Assembly (NCBI GenBank): GCA_009103225.1
Contig: RHPI01001037.1
Span: 1,402,916-1,466,915, forward strand
Direction of reading: 5' to 3'
Source: Chlorokybus atmophyticus
Taxonomy: Eukaryota > Plantae > Mesostigma and Chlorokybus algae
DNA length: 64,000 nt
A program made the translations under genes and the position numbers. A model generated the notes under the pieces. That model was not told where the DNA came from, did no database searches, and saw nothing but the letters and a program-made list of their open reading frames with translations. Numbering within the stretch: position 1 is the first letter of the stretch; every line of letters begins with the position of its first letter. Of this stretch, positions 26,754 to 39,723 are shown one piece after another.

Positions 26754-28491
26754 ATGCTTCTGGCAAGCATGTGCGCAACTATGCCTGCGGCGACATCAGC
26801 TCTGTCGCCGCCGCTATCGCCGCCGCCGGCTGTGGCATGCGGCAGACGTACCATGCAGGCGGCTTGGGCGAGGGCGGCGATGTCGGCGTTGGCATTGCTG
26901 TCGGTCGGGAGACCAGCAGCTGGAGGAGGCACATGGCTGCGGCAAGCCTGTGATCGTTGTGGTCCAGCTGCTAGACTCTGCGGCGCAGTGCAGCCACACC
27001 ACAGCAGGGTGGGCATGGCCTCCTCCTGTTCCCCCGCGTCCTCCTCCTCCTTCGCCTCGGCCTCAAACTACGCTGTTAAAGCTGCAGTGACGGTGTCTGC
27101 CAACAACGAGGCAGGCAGGCAAGCTCCCACAGCCGCCGACCCCACGCCCGAGAGCGTGCTGCGTTTTTGGTTTGGCGACTCGCAGGTGAGACTTAGATGG
27201 AAGTAGTTGATTGTTGTTGTTGCTGCTGCTGCTGCTGCTTAGGTTGAAGACTCAAGCGTCTAAAGCCCCAAAGCTATTGCTAATGCTGTGCACTAAGTGA
27301 TAACCATCGAGAGAAGCAGAGAAGTAATTTGAACACGTCAACCGCATAGACTGGGAATGCATGTGGCACAAGTATGCATGCATGGATGCATGCATGGACT
27401 TCAGTGTCTGCCTTGTGGTCGAAACATCTGTCAAGCTGCCATGCTTACCACTTACTGCAGGGCTTTCTATCTTTAGCGCCAACTATTCCCATGCTTGCGA
27501 TTGGGAATGCAAGCGCGGTGTTTTTGCTTTGTGTCTGAGCATGCATTGCTGCCCAACATTGAAGTGCACGGTGGGTCCGTTTGTGACAGACTTCCTATGT
27601 AGGTACATGCTCAGTGTGCCCTTGCAGATGTATGACCAGCAACAATCTTGCATTAGGCGGCAGTCCCTGATCAAGCAGGCTTCATGAAGTGGTTCAAAGC
27701 ATCAAATGAGTTCGACAACGAGCTGCGGCAAAGGTCAGGCTGATGCTTCGTGTTATAATATCAGCTCGCTTAACACACGGTCTGTCTATTGCATTCCTGC
27801 AGGTTTGGCAACCTCATAATAAAAGCCGCAAGCGGCGAGTATGATCAATGGCGCAAGAGTCTTATGGGTCGCATGGCACTCATCATCGTGTTTGACCAAT
27901 TCCCACGTAACGTTTTCCGCGGTTCACCACAGGTATGTGCAACAGTTTGGCCGAATTTATGCTCATGCATTCCCATCATTAATCTGTGGCACCCTTAGGC
28001 TTTTGCTTATGCTCCAGAGGCGCTTGCGCTGGTGAATGATCTGATTGAATCTGATGAGCACAAGCAGCTCCCGGCGGTGCAAAGAGCGTTTGTGTACTTA
28101 CCTCTCCAACATGCAGAAGACAGAGCAGCCCAGGTCTGAATTTGGCAACTGCGCTGTACACGCACTGATACACTCTAATACACGCTCGTACACAAGTTGT
28201 GCAGCAGAGTCGGGAGCACCCACCATCACCTTCGTGCTGCGCTTAGTCCAAATGATGCCATGCTAACAGACGCTTGCACAGGCTTTGGCGGTGAGATGTT
28301 ACCAGGAATTGCTGGAGTCCTTAACCAATGCAAGCGATAGGCCGATCTTTGAGGACTTTTTGAACTATTCAAGGCGGCACCAAGTCACGGTGGATCGCTT
28401 TGGGCGGTTCCCGAGCCGCAACGCCGTCCTTGGCAGGGAATCTACTCCTGAGGAGCTGCAGTTTCTTTCAAAGACGCCACAAGGGTTTTAG
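26754..28491 (+). CDS. DUF924-family protein with a long Ala/Ser-rich, transit-peptide-like N-terminus
   Basis: Exons PESVLRFWFG / KWFKASNEFDNELRQ / ALIIVFDQFPRNVFRGSPQ / AFAYAPEALAL...FVYLPLQHAED / RHQVTVDRFGRFPSRNAVLGRESTPEE match the DUF924 signature. The start Met is uncertain. Confidence 0.88.
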
Positions 28492-28822
28492 AGTTAGTGG
28501 TTGCTGGAGTGCTTTGGCAAGCGTGTGCTGGTTGTGTTGTGCACTGTGTGTCATCAATGCATGCGTCGGCGCGTTGTATGAACATTGGCCCTCAGGATAC
28601 TTTGGGTGTGACTTGAGCTCTCGTCTCTGTGGTAGAGACGACACCGGAATTGCAGCACCATCATACAGAATTACAGCAATAAGTAAAGCTTTTGGACATA
28701 GCATCAAATGGTAATAGGATGTGTACCTTATAAAAAGGCATATTTTTGTGTTTTAACGTAAGAGGGCGCAGTGCATATGCAACATGGGGTGGATGTAGTG
28801 TCTATCCGTTGTGCAACACATT

Positions 28823-29615
28823 TAATGAGAGTGCTTCATAGTGTGGTGAGTAGACTGCTCATGCATGTGTGTGTCACACTCTCATGCATGCCACAATCCT
28901 TGCATTCCATTTATTATACACTCCCTAGTTGGTGCGGCCATCCCATGCCAGAGGCCACTCCAATTCGCTCATGCAGTTGAGGTGAGCGACTGGCTACCCT
29001 ATATTACGGCTTAGGGCGTGCATGTCACCGTGCTATGGTGTGGTGTGGTGTGGATAGGTGGGTGCTTGACCGGGAGCACCCTGCATGTGTAGTTGCCTAG
29101 TTGATAGCGAGAGTTGGTGCCCACCCCACTAGCCATGCATAGCAATGCACAAGACGAAGTCACAAGTGAAAGTACATGGGGAGCAGCGAATTCTGCCCGT
29201 GTCATCAAAGTAGGCGCACACAACCACGACATGCACCGCCGCAGATGGAGTTTCCGTGCGTGCCGTGCATGCATGCGTGTGTGTACTGACAAAACCCTAA
29301 GCCGGCAGTTGACAAGACGGCAGTAGGAGGCTGGCGGAGATGGCGGCGGGGGTGCGGGTGAAGCGGGAGGGGGAGTCCTTTAAGTCCTGCTGCTGGTGTG
29401 GCCGCTGCTGCTGCAAGAAGGCTGCTGACCAAGGCGCATGTGCAAGTAATGACGCACGCATGCATGCATGCATGTCTAATGGGTATGGGCAGTAAAGAAG
29501 GTAGGTAGCAGCTAGGTTAGCAGCCCGGTGGGTAATGAGAGTGCTTCATAGTGTGGTGAGTAGACTGCTCATGCATGTGTGTGTCACACTCTTATGCATG
29601 CCACAATCCTTGCAT
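28823..29615. repeat. 83-bp direct repeat pair (28823-28905 and 29533-29615)
   Basis: TAATGAGAGTGCTTCATAGTGTGGTGAGTAGACTGCTCATGCATG...CCACAATCCTTGCAT occurs twice, 710 bp apart, with one mismatch. Confidence 0.85.
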
Positions 29616-31215
29616 CTATTAATTAAACATCATGGTGGTTGGCTTGCGAAGTAAACTGTGGCGCTAGCCATACATGCATACGGGGAGTGCGGCATATTGA
29701 GATTAATGATGATTAAACAATGCTTGTTTTAACGAGTGCCTGCACTCATTCCACAATTGAGTCAGTGCACATGCAAAGAGTATATCAACACTTTATAATC
29801 TCACATAAGCACCACGACACAACAGCACCTTCAGTATCCTATACACATCTGTCTCACTGCCCACCTGCATAACCAACACCACAAGAGGGCCAGTAGATGT
29901 AGGGTGGTAGTGCAATGAAGGTTAGCCCGGTGGTAACAACTGTGAGGCGTGTAGTAGTGTTGATGCAATGCTTGGGTGGTGTGCATGTTGCATCAGGTAT
30001 AAGTTGTAAGGCAAATAAGCAATTCAAACGCACAAAAGTAGCACCACAAGCAACAAGCATATTGGACAAAAAGACATGCAAGAAAAACACTTTGATTGTC
30101 ACAGGGGCTTTACGACTATGTGCACTACGTGCTCTAGGCGGGGCGCGGCTGTAGGATGCCATGGCAAGCATGTGATTCGTGTGCACAATAGCTCATTACA
30201 TACTATGTGCACCAGCTTAGCAAGCATAAGGTAAATAACACGGGCCCGGCATACACACAGATATCATACGACAATGCACGAGAGACAAACAAACAACGGC
30301 ATGAACAACCAATAACAACTCATGTGCAACACGTAGGGTGCGGTCATCGTCTGCTTGCGTGCTCTGCTGCCTGCTATCCCCCTCCGACTCACTTGCAATC
30401 GCGTGTTAGGTACGCCACGTAGGAATAGCTTATGCCTCTACTTGTCTGTTGCTAATGCTGGTGTGTGCGTGTGTGTCCGTATTCTTTGCGCTCGTATTGC
30501 TATAACAGCTTAATTACACACACTTAACACTCAAGCATATTTTGGTACAGCCACGCTAGGCATGATTGGCAGGGGATAGACCAGCAGTATGGCAGTGGCG
30601 GGCTGTATGCATCCTGTGAACTTCACACGCTTGAGGCATGCAACGACAATGGTAGGGTTTATGCTCGATTGATATCAAGTTGCACATACCATGCTACGAT
30701 CGCAAAATGAAGCATCAATAAGTGAGTTTGGGGTTTCATAACACATTCTCTGTCTATATGCCTTTCTTTTAGCATCTAATAAACATTTTTAGGATGATAA
30801 ATAACCTTATTGGTTAGAAATTGCAACTACATGATCTTACGCAATGTATAAGCGTATGTAATTTACACATGTAAATTATATTACAAGATCTCAATACTTG
30901 AAAGCAAGATGTAGCAATCAACAAACATGAACAAACTAAAATAAAAAGCAATAAAGTCCAACCTCATCGAAGCCCTTGCCTTTACTTGCAAAGCTTTAGA
31001 ATTGCATAAACCCATGCGACGTCCGTTAATGTGCGTAACGTATGTCACGAAGCAAGGATCACATGGTCTTATTGCTGAACTTACCAATGATCGCCAAAAT
31101 GAACACGTCATTCGACATGCGTCATGTGATAATGATAATCACCGCAGCTATTCCTATACCCAGCAAGGGCTGTTCTCCCTGTAAGTTCCAGACCACACAC
31201 CCAAGAGGATTCGGC

Positions 31216-31293
31216 CCACGTGGCCCAGCCCACTCACCAATTTGCATTGACACGCACAGTCCTGCGTTGCATGGCGAAAAAGGCAGCCATGCA
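31216..31293 (+). promoter_or_regulatory. G-box/ABRE (CCACGTGG, 31216-31223) and inverted RY pair (TGCATGGC-N10-GCCATGCA, 31268-31293) upstream of LEA paralog 2
   Basis: Motifs are visible 145-220 bp upstream of TATATA (31437-31442). ABRE plus RY is the classical Em-promoter combination in seed plants. Confidence 0.5.
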
Positions 31294-31769
31294 AGCTAAA
31301 TCTGACCCGGGCATGCCAGCTTGCAACTGCGCCATCCCGGGGGTTCCTTCTCTCCAAAACAGTGCGTATCCAGGGAGCGGATAGGGCCGCGCCTCTGTGG
31401 CATACACACAGCAGCGGCGGCAGCGTTTGCTAGGTGTATATATTGGTTACTGCGCGCAGACACGCACAGCAACGGTTAGTGTGGTTTGACTTTGAGTTGA
31501 GGTGAAGGAGCAGCTGAGCGTGTCAGGACAAGGTATGCTCCTGCGTGTCCATGCCCGTGTGCATGTACATGTCCATGTACATGTCCACTTGCATGCCCAT
31601 GTCTGTACTTAAGTCTTGGTTGATAGACTATGCCGTTGCTTGCTGCAAGTTTGGCGCAGGCAATTGTGTTGTGCGTGCCTGTTTGTTTGAAGGCAGCGTT
31701 GCATGACAAGTAATCCCGCATGCGCTGTTGTTGCAGGTTGTGGCGTGACAAGCAAATCCACAGACAGCA

Positions 31770-32201
31770 ATGGCGGACGAGGAGGTGCAGCCACGCGTCG
31801 GAGACCCCAACAGCTCCGACCCCATGGAGAGAATCCGCGCAGGAGGTTCCAAGGGAGGACAGGTCCGTTTGCACTTGTGTGTATGGCTCTTGGGTTTGAC
31901 TAGACACCTGCTGTGTGTGGGAGTATTGACACATGTGTGGGCGTGAGCAGAAGGGTGGTAAGGTTCGTGCTGAGCAGCTTGGGCATGACGGATACGTTGA
32001 GATGGGCACCAAGGGCGGCCAGACGGTGAAGGAGATGGCGCAGGTGAGTGAGAGACACAACACCATACGGTAGTTGCTATGAATAGATCATCTGCATCCA
32101 ACCGATTGAACCTTACGTTTCTTGTGCAGCGTGCTGCCGGAGATGATGAGGCTGCTGATGAGACCAAGGCCGCCAAGGACAAGATCATGCCTCATGACTG
32201 A
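31770..32201 (+). CDS. Group 1 LEA (Em-like, LEA_5) protein, paralog 2; exons 31770-31862, 31951-32043, 32130-32201
   Basis: MADEEVQPRVGDPNSSDPMERIRAGGSKGGQ-KGGKVRAEQLGHDGYVEMGTKGGQTVKEMAQ-RAAGDDEAADETKAAKDKIMPHD*. Same three-exon, phase-0 layout as paralog 1. Confidence 0.88.
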
Positions 32202-34696
32202 TCTGCTGCCGCGGCAAATACGAGCTTAGAGCTGTACATGCTGTGAGTAACAGCAGTACATTTGCATGCTTCGTAATGGTTCATAGGTTGTAGCCCATTT
32301 CTTCGGTAGATGTAGAAAGACCTTTGTGTACATTTCCTGTAAATCAGATAGACGAAGTAAATTGTGTACTCCCATTCTGACATGGTCATCTTACCTCTCT
32401 TGTGTGCGTGTCGTGCACGGCATTAGTTGTGAAATGACCAACTGCAGCTTTGATATGGTGACATTGCTTGCACAATATTTCGCAGGCAGCATTTCATAGA
32501 CAGTCGTAGTATTGCAACATTCTTAACTGCTGACATGTGTAAAGCATTGTAAGAAGCTTGCAACACAATCAACATTTGACACAAGTACTGTTTGATATGG
32601 TTTTAATATAATATCGGGACTTCAGTTTATACAACATAGTGCACATTGTGTCTACTCCCAATTCCAACACAGGTTTTATCTCTGCTACCTTCCAAACCAG
32701 TTCAATTGCACGCATGCAACTGTGGTGTAGCCGCACCCATTGCGTAACCCAGTTTTGCCATTGGGGTAGATAAGCCAACTCAATAAGTCGACCAACCATT
32801 ACATACCAATAGAGTTGCACGCAATCTTTGCATTCTTAACGCCTTGTAGTATGTGCATTGTAGTTACCAACCCTGCTGCCATACTCAATCATTTCTGCAG
32901 TCACCCGAGATCATAGCAAAGCACATTACTCCTCAGAATCTGTATATAATCAAACATAAGCAACAGCTTCAACAGATTATGGCAGCATCCAACATGACTA
33001 ACAGACAGTATGGATGGTGGAGCAGAGGCTGTGCAGCTGAGAGCTTTAGGTAGTCTGACAATGGCGAGATAGTGTTAGTGCAACAACAGCAGCAGCAACA
33101 ACAATAACAACAACAACAATATCAACCACAAGCTGTAGTGCGCAGGCTCACCGCAGCACCGGTAACAGTTCAGAGCAAGAAAGCACCAAATGAATTTTCT
33201 TACCTACACATCCACTGTGCATAGGCGCACTACCAAGTGCGCCACACTACCATCGCAGCGGCTACAAAGCATATCACCACTGCACTGCGCCGTTGGACAT
33301 CAACAGTGCAACAGTGCACGCTATCACAAGCCAGCGTCACCGCGCTCTCTGTGACCATGAAAATGGAAGTGTTTGAGCTTTCCAGCGTCACCAGCCTTAC
33401 CCACCTCACTGTGTGATGTCATGCGGCACTATCTGTGTGCATGGCTGAGCGTGAAGCAGCTAGGGACTGCCGCAGTTCTCGGGTTTGTTATCACAGAGAC
33501 AATGGCAACTGACTGCATACCTTACAGTACGCCATGCAGTTGGTGAAAAGCTGAGACTTTCAGCACAGTGGTGCAAGTCAGTTGACCTGTACTAAAGCAG
33601 ATATAAGCAATGATGACGGCTAAAGGCTCAACCGTTTACACGAGCGTTGTATGCTCAACCTGTCAATGCGTCGCCGACCTACTGCATATCTCTTGCTGTA
33701 CTTGCGATTGCACAGCATACAGAGCACTTGGGCTATTTGCAAGTTACCAGCAAGATTGCTCTAACAAGTTCTGGGAATAATATGTAAATGTGTTGGCCTG
33801 TTTGTTTACTTACCCTGACAGAGTATGCTTAAGAGTGCTACTAACGGGGGACGCTATTTTACCGTATGTCTGTGCATAGCTCATTGCACAATTGCACAAC
33901 ACAAGTAAAGGCACATGATGATATGGGCAATGTATACTCACGTGCAAGCTCTACGGGCATGTAGCTGAGAAGCATACTCTGCAGCATGTGCAGTAATATT
34001 ACACAGCGTAACACATTATCACATGACATAATATTACACATATCTACCATACCAGCAGTACCATCATTACCGTCAGCTTTTTCATCTGGTCACTCGCAGC
34101 AAACTGCCACAAAAGTTACTAGAGCTAGGATATGGAGTTATTTGACGATGTTACCAGTTAAGAAGAGTTAAGTGGAGTAGATATTATTATCTTCCCCGGT
34201 ACACACTGCAGCAGAAAGTGGCCAGTTGCGCTACATCGACACATCAGCTGTATCAGAAAGGCAATTCACACACTTCACACTGTCAAATTCTCATCTAGAC
34301 ATTCAAATACTACCACCAAAGCTGCACGCATCACAGAATACAGTTAACAGATCCTGTCAGATGTGCATCACCCACATGAGAAAAGAAACCCTCTTTATTC
34401 CACAAGGAATTTCAAGTAGCTACACCTGCACAATATTTACGGTACAATGTACTAGCTAGTCTGAACTAAACTACAAACGGCAGTAAGGACATCTCAGGCT
34501 GGCAAACAAGCCGGTCAGCAAACAGTGTGCAGCCAGATGGCGCCACTGCAGAATAGTAACACAAAATTGGATGCACAAAGAGTAGTTGCCGCAGCCATGT
34601 CAATTTGGCACACCAGGACATGGGGCCTGGTCTGCTATATTGAATGTGAACCCTCCGTGTGCAAGAAACGCGAGATGGCAGTGCAGGCGACTGTGT

Positions 34697-37600
34697 CTAC
34701 CAATCCTCCTCATCATCACTGACAGCCTCTCCGCGCTCAAGCTTGGCCTTGCGGATCTTTTCCCTCTTCTTCTTCTCCTGTCTGCTGAGCTCCTTCTTGG
34801 GAGCCTTCACCTTGATGGTATTACCCAACGCATCCAGCACCTCCTCCTGAGGCTTCCATTCCAGCTTGTCACCACCGCCCACAATGTTGGGCACACCCTT
34901 GGCAGTCAGCTTGCCATCAGCAACGAGCCAAGACTCTGGGCACAGCTCACCAGCGAACTCTGCAATGGCAAACATAACAGATCAGCAACCCCAGCATGAC
35001 AGGCACAGCAAAGCAAAACAAACAACGCCTAGCACAGGGCAATGTAGCTGTGTGAAAACGAACCTCGGTTGTGGGTGATCATGATGACACCACCGCCAAA
35101 CTCCTTGATGGCACCAGCAAGGGCACCAAGAGAGTCGCGATCCAAGTAATTGGTGGGCTCATCAAGCACCAGCATGTGGGGGTTGTTCCACATAGCAGCA
35201 CCAAGCACGACCTTGACCTTCTGGCCACCAGACAGACCACCAATGTGCGTATGTGTGCTGATCTCGCGCTCCAAGCCAACATCCATCAAGTGCTTCTCAA
35301 TGTTGGCCTGAGTGAGGGGCTTTGCGACCATGCCCATGCGTGCAGCTTCCTTCATGTCAACATCGTTAACCAGCTTGGAGAAACCCATCTCCTCCAAGAA
35401 ATCGCGGGTGAGCCAGCTGTTCTTGTCAGGGCCCATGCCCTTCCACGACACCTCATACTCGTAACCCTTCTTGAGCTTGCGCCTGCTCACGATCTTGTCA
35501 ACAACCTTCTTGATGCCGTCATGCATGAACTGCGATGCCATCTTCTTCTGCTCCTCTTCTGTGAGGATGCGTGTGACCTTCTCCTGTGACTCCCTATCCT
35601 CTCCGGTGGCATACCGCCACTGAATATACTCATTGGCAGTCTTGTCCAGGTGCTTCTCAATGTGATGGAAGGCGTGCTGGGCAACGTAGGCAATGCGCAG
35701 GTTGGGGTGCTTCCAGACAACACCCTCTTGGGGCTCCATCTCTCCGGTCAGAATCTTGATCATGGTGGACTTGCCAGCGCCATTGGCACCCATGACGACA
35801 ACACGACTGTTGAGTGTGCAGAAGATGGAAACACCTTCCAGAACCTTGCGGGTGGTGTTGGGGTAGGTGAAGCCGACCTGGTGCATCTTCAGGATGGCCC
35901 TGTCCTTGCTCTTGATACCCTCCAGGAAGCCAGGCTCTGGCAGGGAGAACTTGATGGTAGTGTCAGCAAGCTTGTAATATGAGGCAGCCTCTGGCCGGAC
36001 CTTGACCAGCTCAGAGAGGTTGCCGCGATAAGTCCTCAGCTTGCGGCCCTCGTAGTGGATGATGTGTGTGCAGACAGTGTCTAGGAAGCCAGAGTCGTGG
36101 GAGACAATCATACTTGTGACGGTGGGAAGGTTGGTCAGGTAGTTTTCCAACCACGCGACATTCTTTACATCCAGATGGTTGGTGGGCTCATCAAGAAGCA
36201 TGATATCTGCCTTATACAGCATGGCGCGAGCTGCAATGCAACCAGATCAACTGTTAGCAATCAGGCTAGTGGTTGTAAACCAACGTATCCAGCACAGCAT
36301 GGCGGCAAGCTTACCAAGGGCAAGCTTCATCCTCCAACCACCGGAGAGAGAAGCAACGGGGGCCTTCTGCATCTCCTCGGTAAAACCAACGCTAGTGAGT
36401 ATGCTCTCACAAACGGAAAGGTCAGGGTGGATGTCGGCCAGCTCAGGCGATGTGACAACAAACTCAATCACCGCCATCTCAGATTGGGTGGCATCAATGT
36501 CGTGCTCCACATAGATGGTGCGAAGCTCCTCTTTCGGAGGGAAGCCCTCCAGCTGACCATTGGCAATGGCGCGCATGAGAGTGGACTTGCCCGCACCGTT
36601 GGGACCGCACAGACCATAGCGCTTGCCGCGCTTCAGGTGCAGCTTGGCGTTGTTCAACAGAATCTTAGCACCATAAGCCAAGCTGAAATCGCACTTGCAG
36701 AGGTCCTCACCCTCCTCATCATCGTCCTCAGCCGCATTTGCAGAAGTGTCCTCAATGCACCAGTCAAGAACTGCCTTAGCAGCGTTTTCAGCAGCATCCT
36801 TGTCCATGAAGGCAGCCAAATACGGGACAATAGTCTGCAGCACAGAACAGATGTAAGCAACTGGTTGTGGACAACGTTGTTGCAATGCAAGATGTTGGAA
36901 AAACAGCTGTCACTGACCTTGACCCATTCGCTGGTCTGGAAGTCCTTGATGGCCACCAGGTAGCAGCACAGCTCGCTGACATACTCAAGGGTCGTCAGGG
37001 CGAAGTCGTCCTTCCAGTTGCCGGAGAGATTTTCCTTGAATGCAGCCAGCATGGCCTTCTTATCGACCTTCTTAATTTCAGCAACCTCCTTGGCCTTTGC
37101 CTCCTCCTGCACGCGGACAAGAGTGGCATGTGCCCGCGCAGCGACTGTGCGGGCTTCGGGATCAGAGATCTCATTCTTGGCACGCTCCATGTCTGGAAGA
37201 AGCTTTGGAAGGAACACAGTGGCATCGGTGGGATCATCTACAAGCTGAAAGCCCAGACAACAGAGTTAGTCACTGAGAGTGATGCAACTGGAGCCACCTA
37301 GACACCACAGCGCAGAAACAGTACCTTGGCCATGTTGTCAATGATGACAGCTGTCTGACGCTTGACAGCAGTCTGGCGCTCACGAAGACCACGAATGAGG
37401 AGAGGCACCATGATGGCAAGCGTGGGGGCCTTTACGGACTGCACGAAAGTAGTTCCAGCCAACTTCCGAACGCACTCAGGCGTCTCATGAGGGCGAGCCA
37501 GACAGCTAATGAGCGCTGGCACAAAGGGCTCAATATCCTTGTTATCTTCAACGCTGCATAGCTCCGTCATGGCCGTGAAGGCAGCAGTCTGCGGAACAGA

Positions 37601-38467
37601 ACCAGACCGTGAGTACAGTTGAGGCGTTCATGGCCAAGACAATCTCCAGAATGCAACTTACCACGACTTGCTGCTTTGTATCAGCCATGACGTTGGAGAC
37701 AGCAGGAACAATCTCTGGAAGACACCACGACATCTGCAGTGGGGCAGACCTTGCCAAGGCAATCATGATGTTCAAGGCACCAGCCTTGGTTTGCCACTTG
37801 CTGGACTCGAGCGCCTCAAAAAGGATGGGGAGCAGGACTTTGACGGAGTTGGGGGACAAAATGGAGGAGATGGCAGAAGCGGCCTGGTCAGCAGCCTGGC
37901 GCACGCCATTCACCTACAGGCAAGAACAGGATGTCAGACAACATGCTCATCAGCTACACACGTTGCGCAACCATGCCAAGCGCCGCTGTGGCAAGGGTTA
38001 CCTTATCTCCTTGAAGGTTCAAAATGCTGGAGAGCATGGGCACGACGTAGGGCTCGACAGGCTTGCCCACCACTGAGACCAGCTCTGCAACAGCAAGAAG
38101 CGCACCCTCCCTGGAAAGCGGTTCCTTGGCATCTTCCTTCGCAGCTCTAATCTTGCCCAACAAATCGTTGGTCTGTACACAGACAAGGTCAGCAAACAAA
38201 GAAGCAGGTCCCACTAACTTCATCACTACGCAATTGTCCAAGCAACAGCAACTAACGACCGATTACCTGGAGCGCTGTGATGCCTGCAGTCTTGACAAAA
38301 GAGGCTGTCTCAGCGGCAGCCTTCTTTCTGTCGTCAACCTTCAGAGAAGCCAAGCTGGCGACGAGAGCCGTCACCTGCTTGCTATCCTCACTTTCGAGTG
38401 CAACCATCATCTCCTCTGGCGATGCAGCGGGCGCCTCAGCAACAATCTCGGAAGCACCAGGAGTCAT
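34697..38467 (-). CDS. EF3: Translation elongation factor 3 (eEF3): HEAT - 4HB - ABC1 - ABC2 with chromodomain insertion - basic C-tail
   Basis: N-terminal HEAT exons resemble yeast eEF3 (DNKDIEPFVPALI, TLAIMVPLLIRGL, VIIDNMAKLVDDP, ISDPEAR). Two Walker A motifs (GPNGAGKST, GANGAGKST), signatures LSGGWRMK and LSGGQKVK, the chromo-like insert RRKLKKGYEYEVSW, and a Lys/Arg-rich tail. Confidence 0.95.
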
Positions 38468-39723
38468 CGCTGCAGACTGCGACAACGTCGAGATCAGTAA
38501 AACCCAGGGGAACGACCACAACTACCATCAACTGACAAGCAGAGAAACGGCGCGACAATTGCAGCACAACTAGCGACTCTCACCTGCTGAAGTACCGGGC
38601 TGCAGCCAAACGCGACTCGCAGCCAAGCCGAACAACGACGGCCCGCACGGAACAGACTCGCCTGCAGCCTCAACACCAACGCAGCTTGACAGCCAACCTT
38701 CGAGCCCAAGCTCACGACGCACAAACCCCAACGACCGCCGCCGCCACCGCCTTACCCTTCCTCGCCGCCTACCTGGCAGCCGGGAAGCCGCCTGAACTGC
38801 TTGTGACTGTCGCAGGAAACAACGCAATAATACTTAGCGGCGGCGCCGCCCTGTTTATATACCGCCGCTCAACTGTCCGAGCTGGAAGCCGCGCGGCGGA
38901 TCCATCGATCCGGAACCAAAGTTTTAGCCGGCGGTTGCGCAATTACTGCCGAGTACTTTACCCAGTGTTTCGGTCAATTGCCTCCACTCTAGGCCGGTTG
39001 GGGGTCTGTGTTGGTCGGACGTTATATGCAATAACAAAAAAGCTGATGCGTGTCTATCAATATATCGGAGCGGCCGCCGTTGCTAAGTCCGTTTTCGGAC
39101 AGACAACTGTCTTCCAGCCGCCACGGTCCACCCGTCGGATGGAGCCTGTGCTGAGGCGAGTCGCGCGCTAAACCGTTGATCTGAATGTGGCCGGCGGCGG
39201 GAGTCTCCGCTGTCCGGCCCAGTGCGAATCTGTGGCACGAGCACGGCTCTGAGTGTAGGGTTTCGGGCGCCACCCCTTTTCCTCTGCGGGTCTATAAAAG
39301 CTACGGCTGCGCGTCAGTCTTTCGCTCAGTTTGGTCCACTCAGAGGACCATCAACGGTGCACGGCTGGCTTCAGCGTCCCGGGGCCGCGGATGCGGAATT
39401 TGGTGCCACCAAAGCGCGACCGCGCCTGCCAGCGTGCGGAGTCGAATGGAAGTCACGTGGCGGATGGGGTTGATGACTAGGCATCGCTCTGTTGCCGTCC
39501 GATCGTGTGAGCCGCAAGCAAGCAAGGTGCGGTGTCGTCAATCATGCTGAGGTCTATTGCTCCCAAAACACACTCTGACCAGTTGATGGGTTGCGCAGCG
39601 CAGAGATCCCTCAGCTTGCAGCATCATGCGGCATCTCCCCCTTGATTCGCACGGTTATTTCGGAACTCCTGAGCGAGGCCAGGGCGTGTGCCACGTACAC
39701 AAAGTACCGTATTTGCCCGTATA

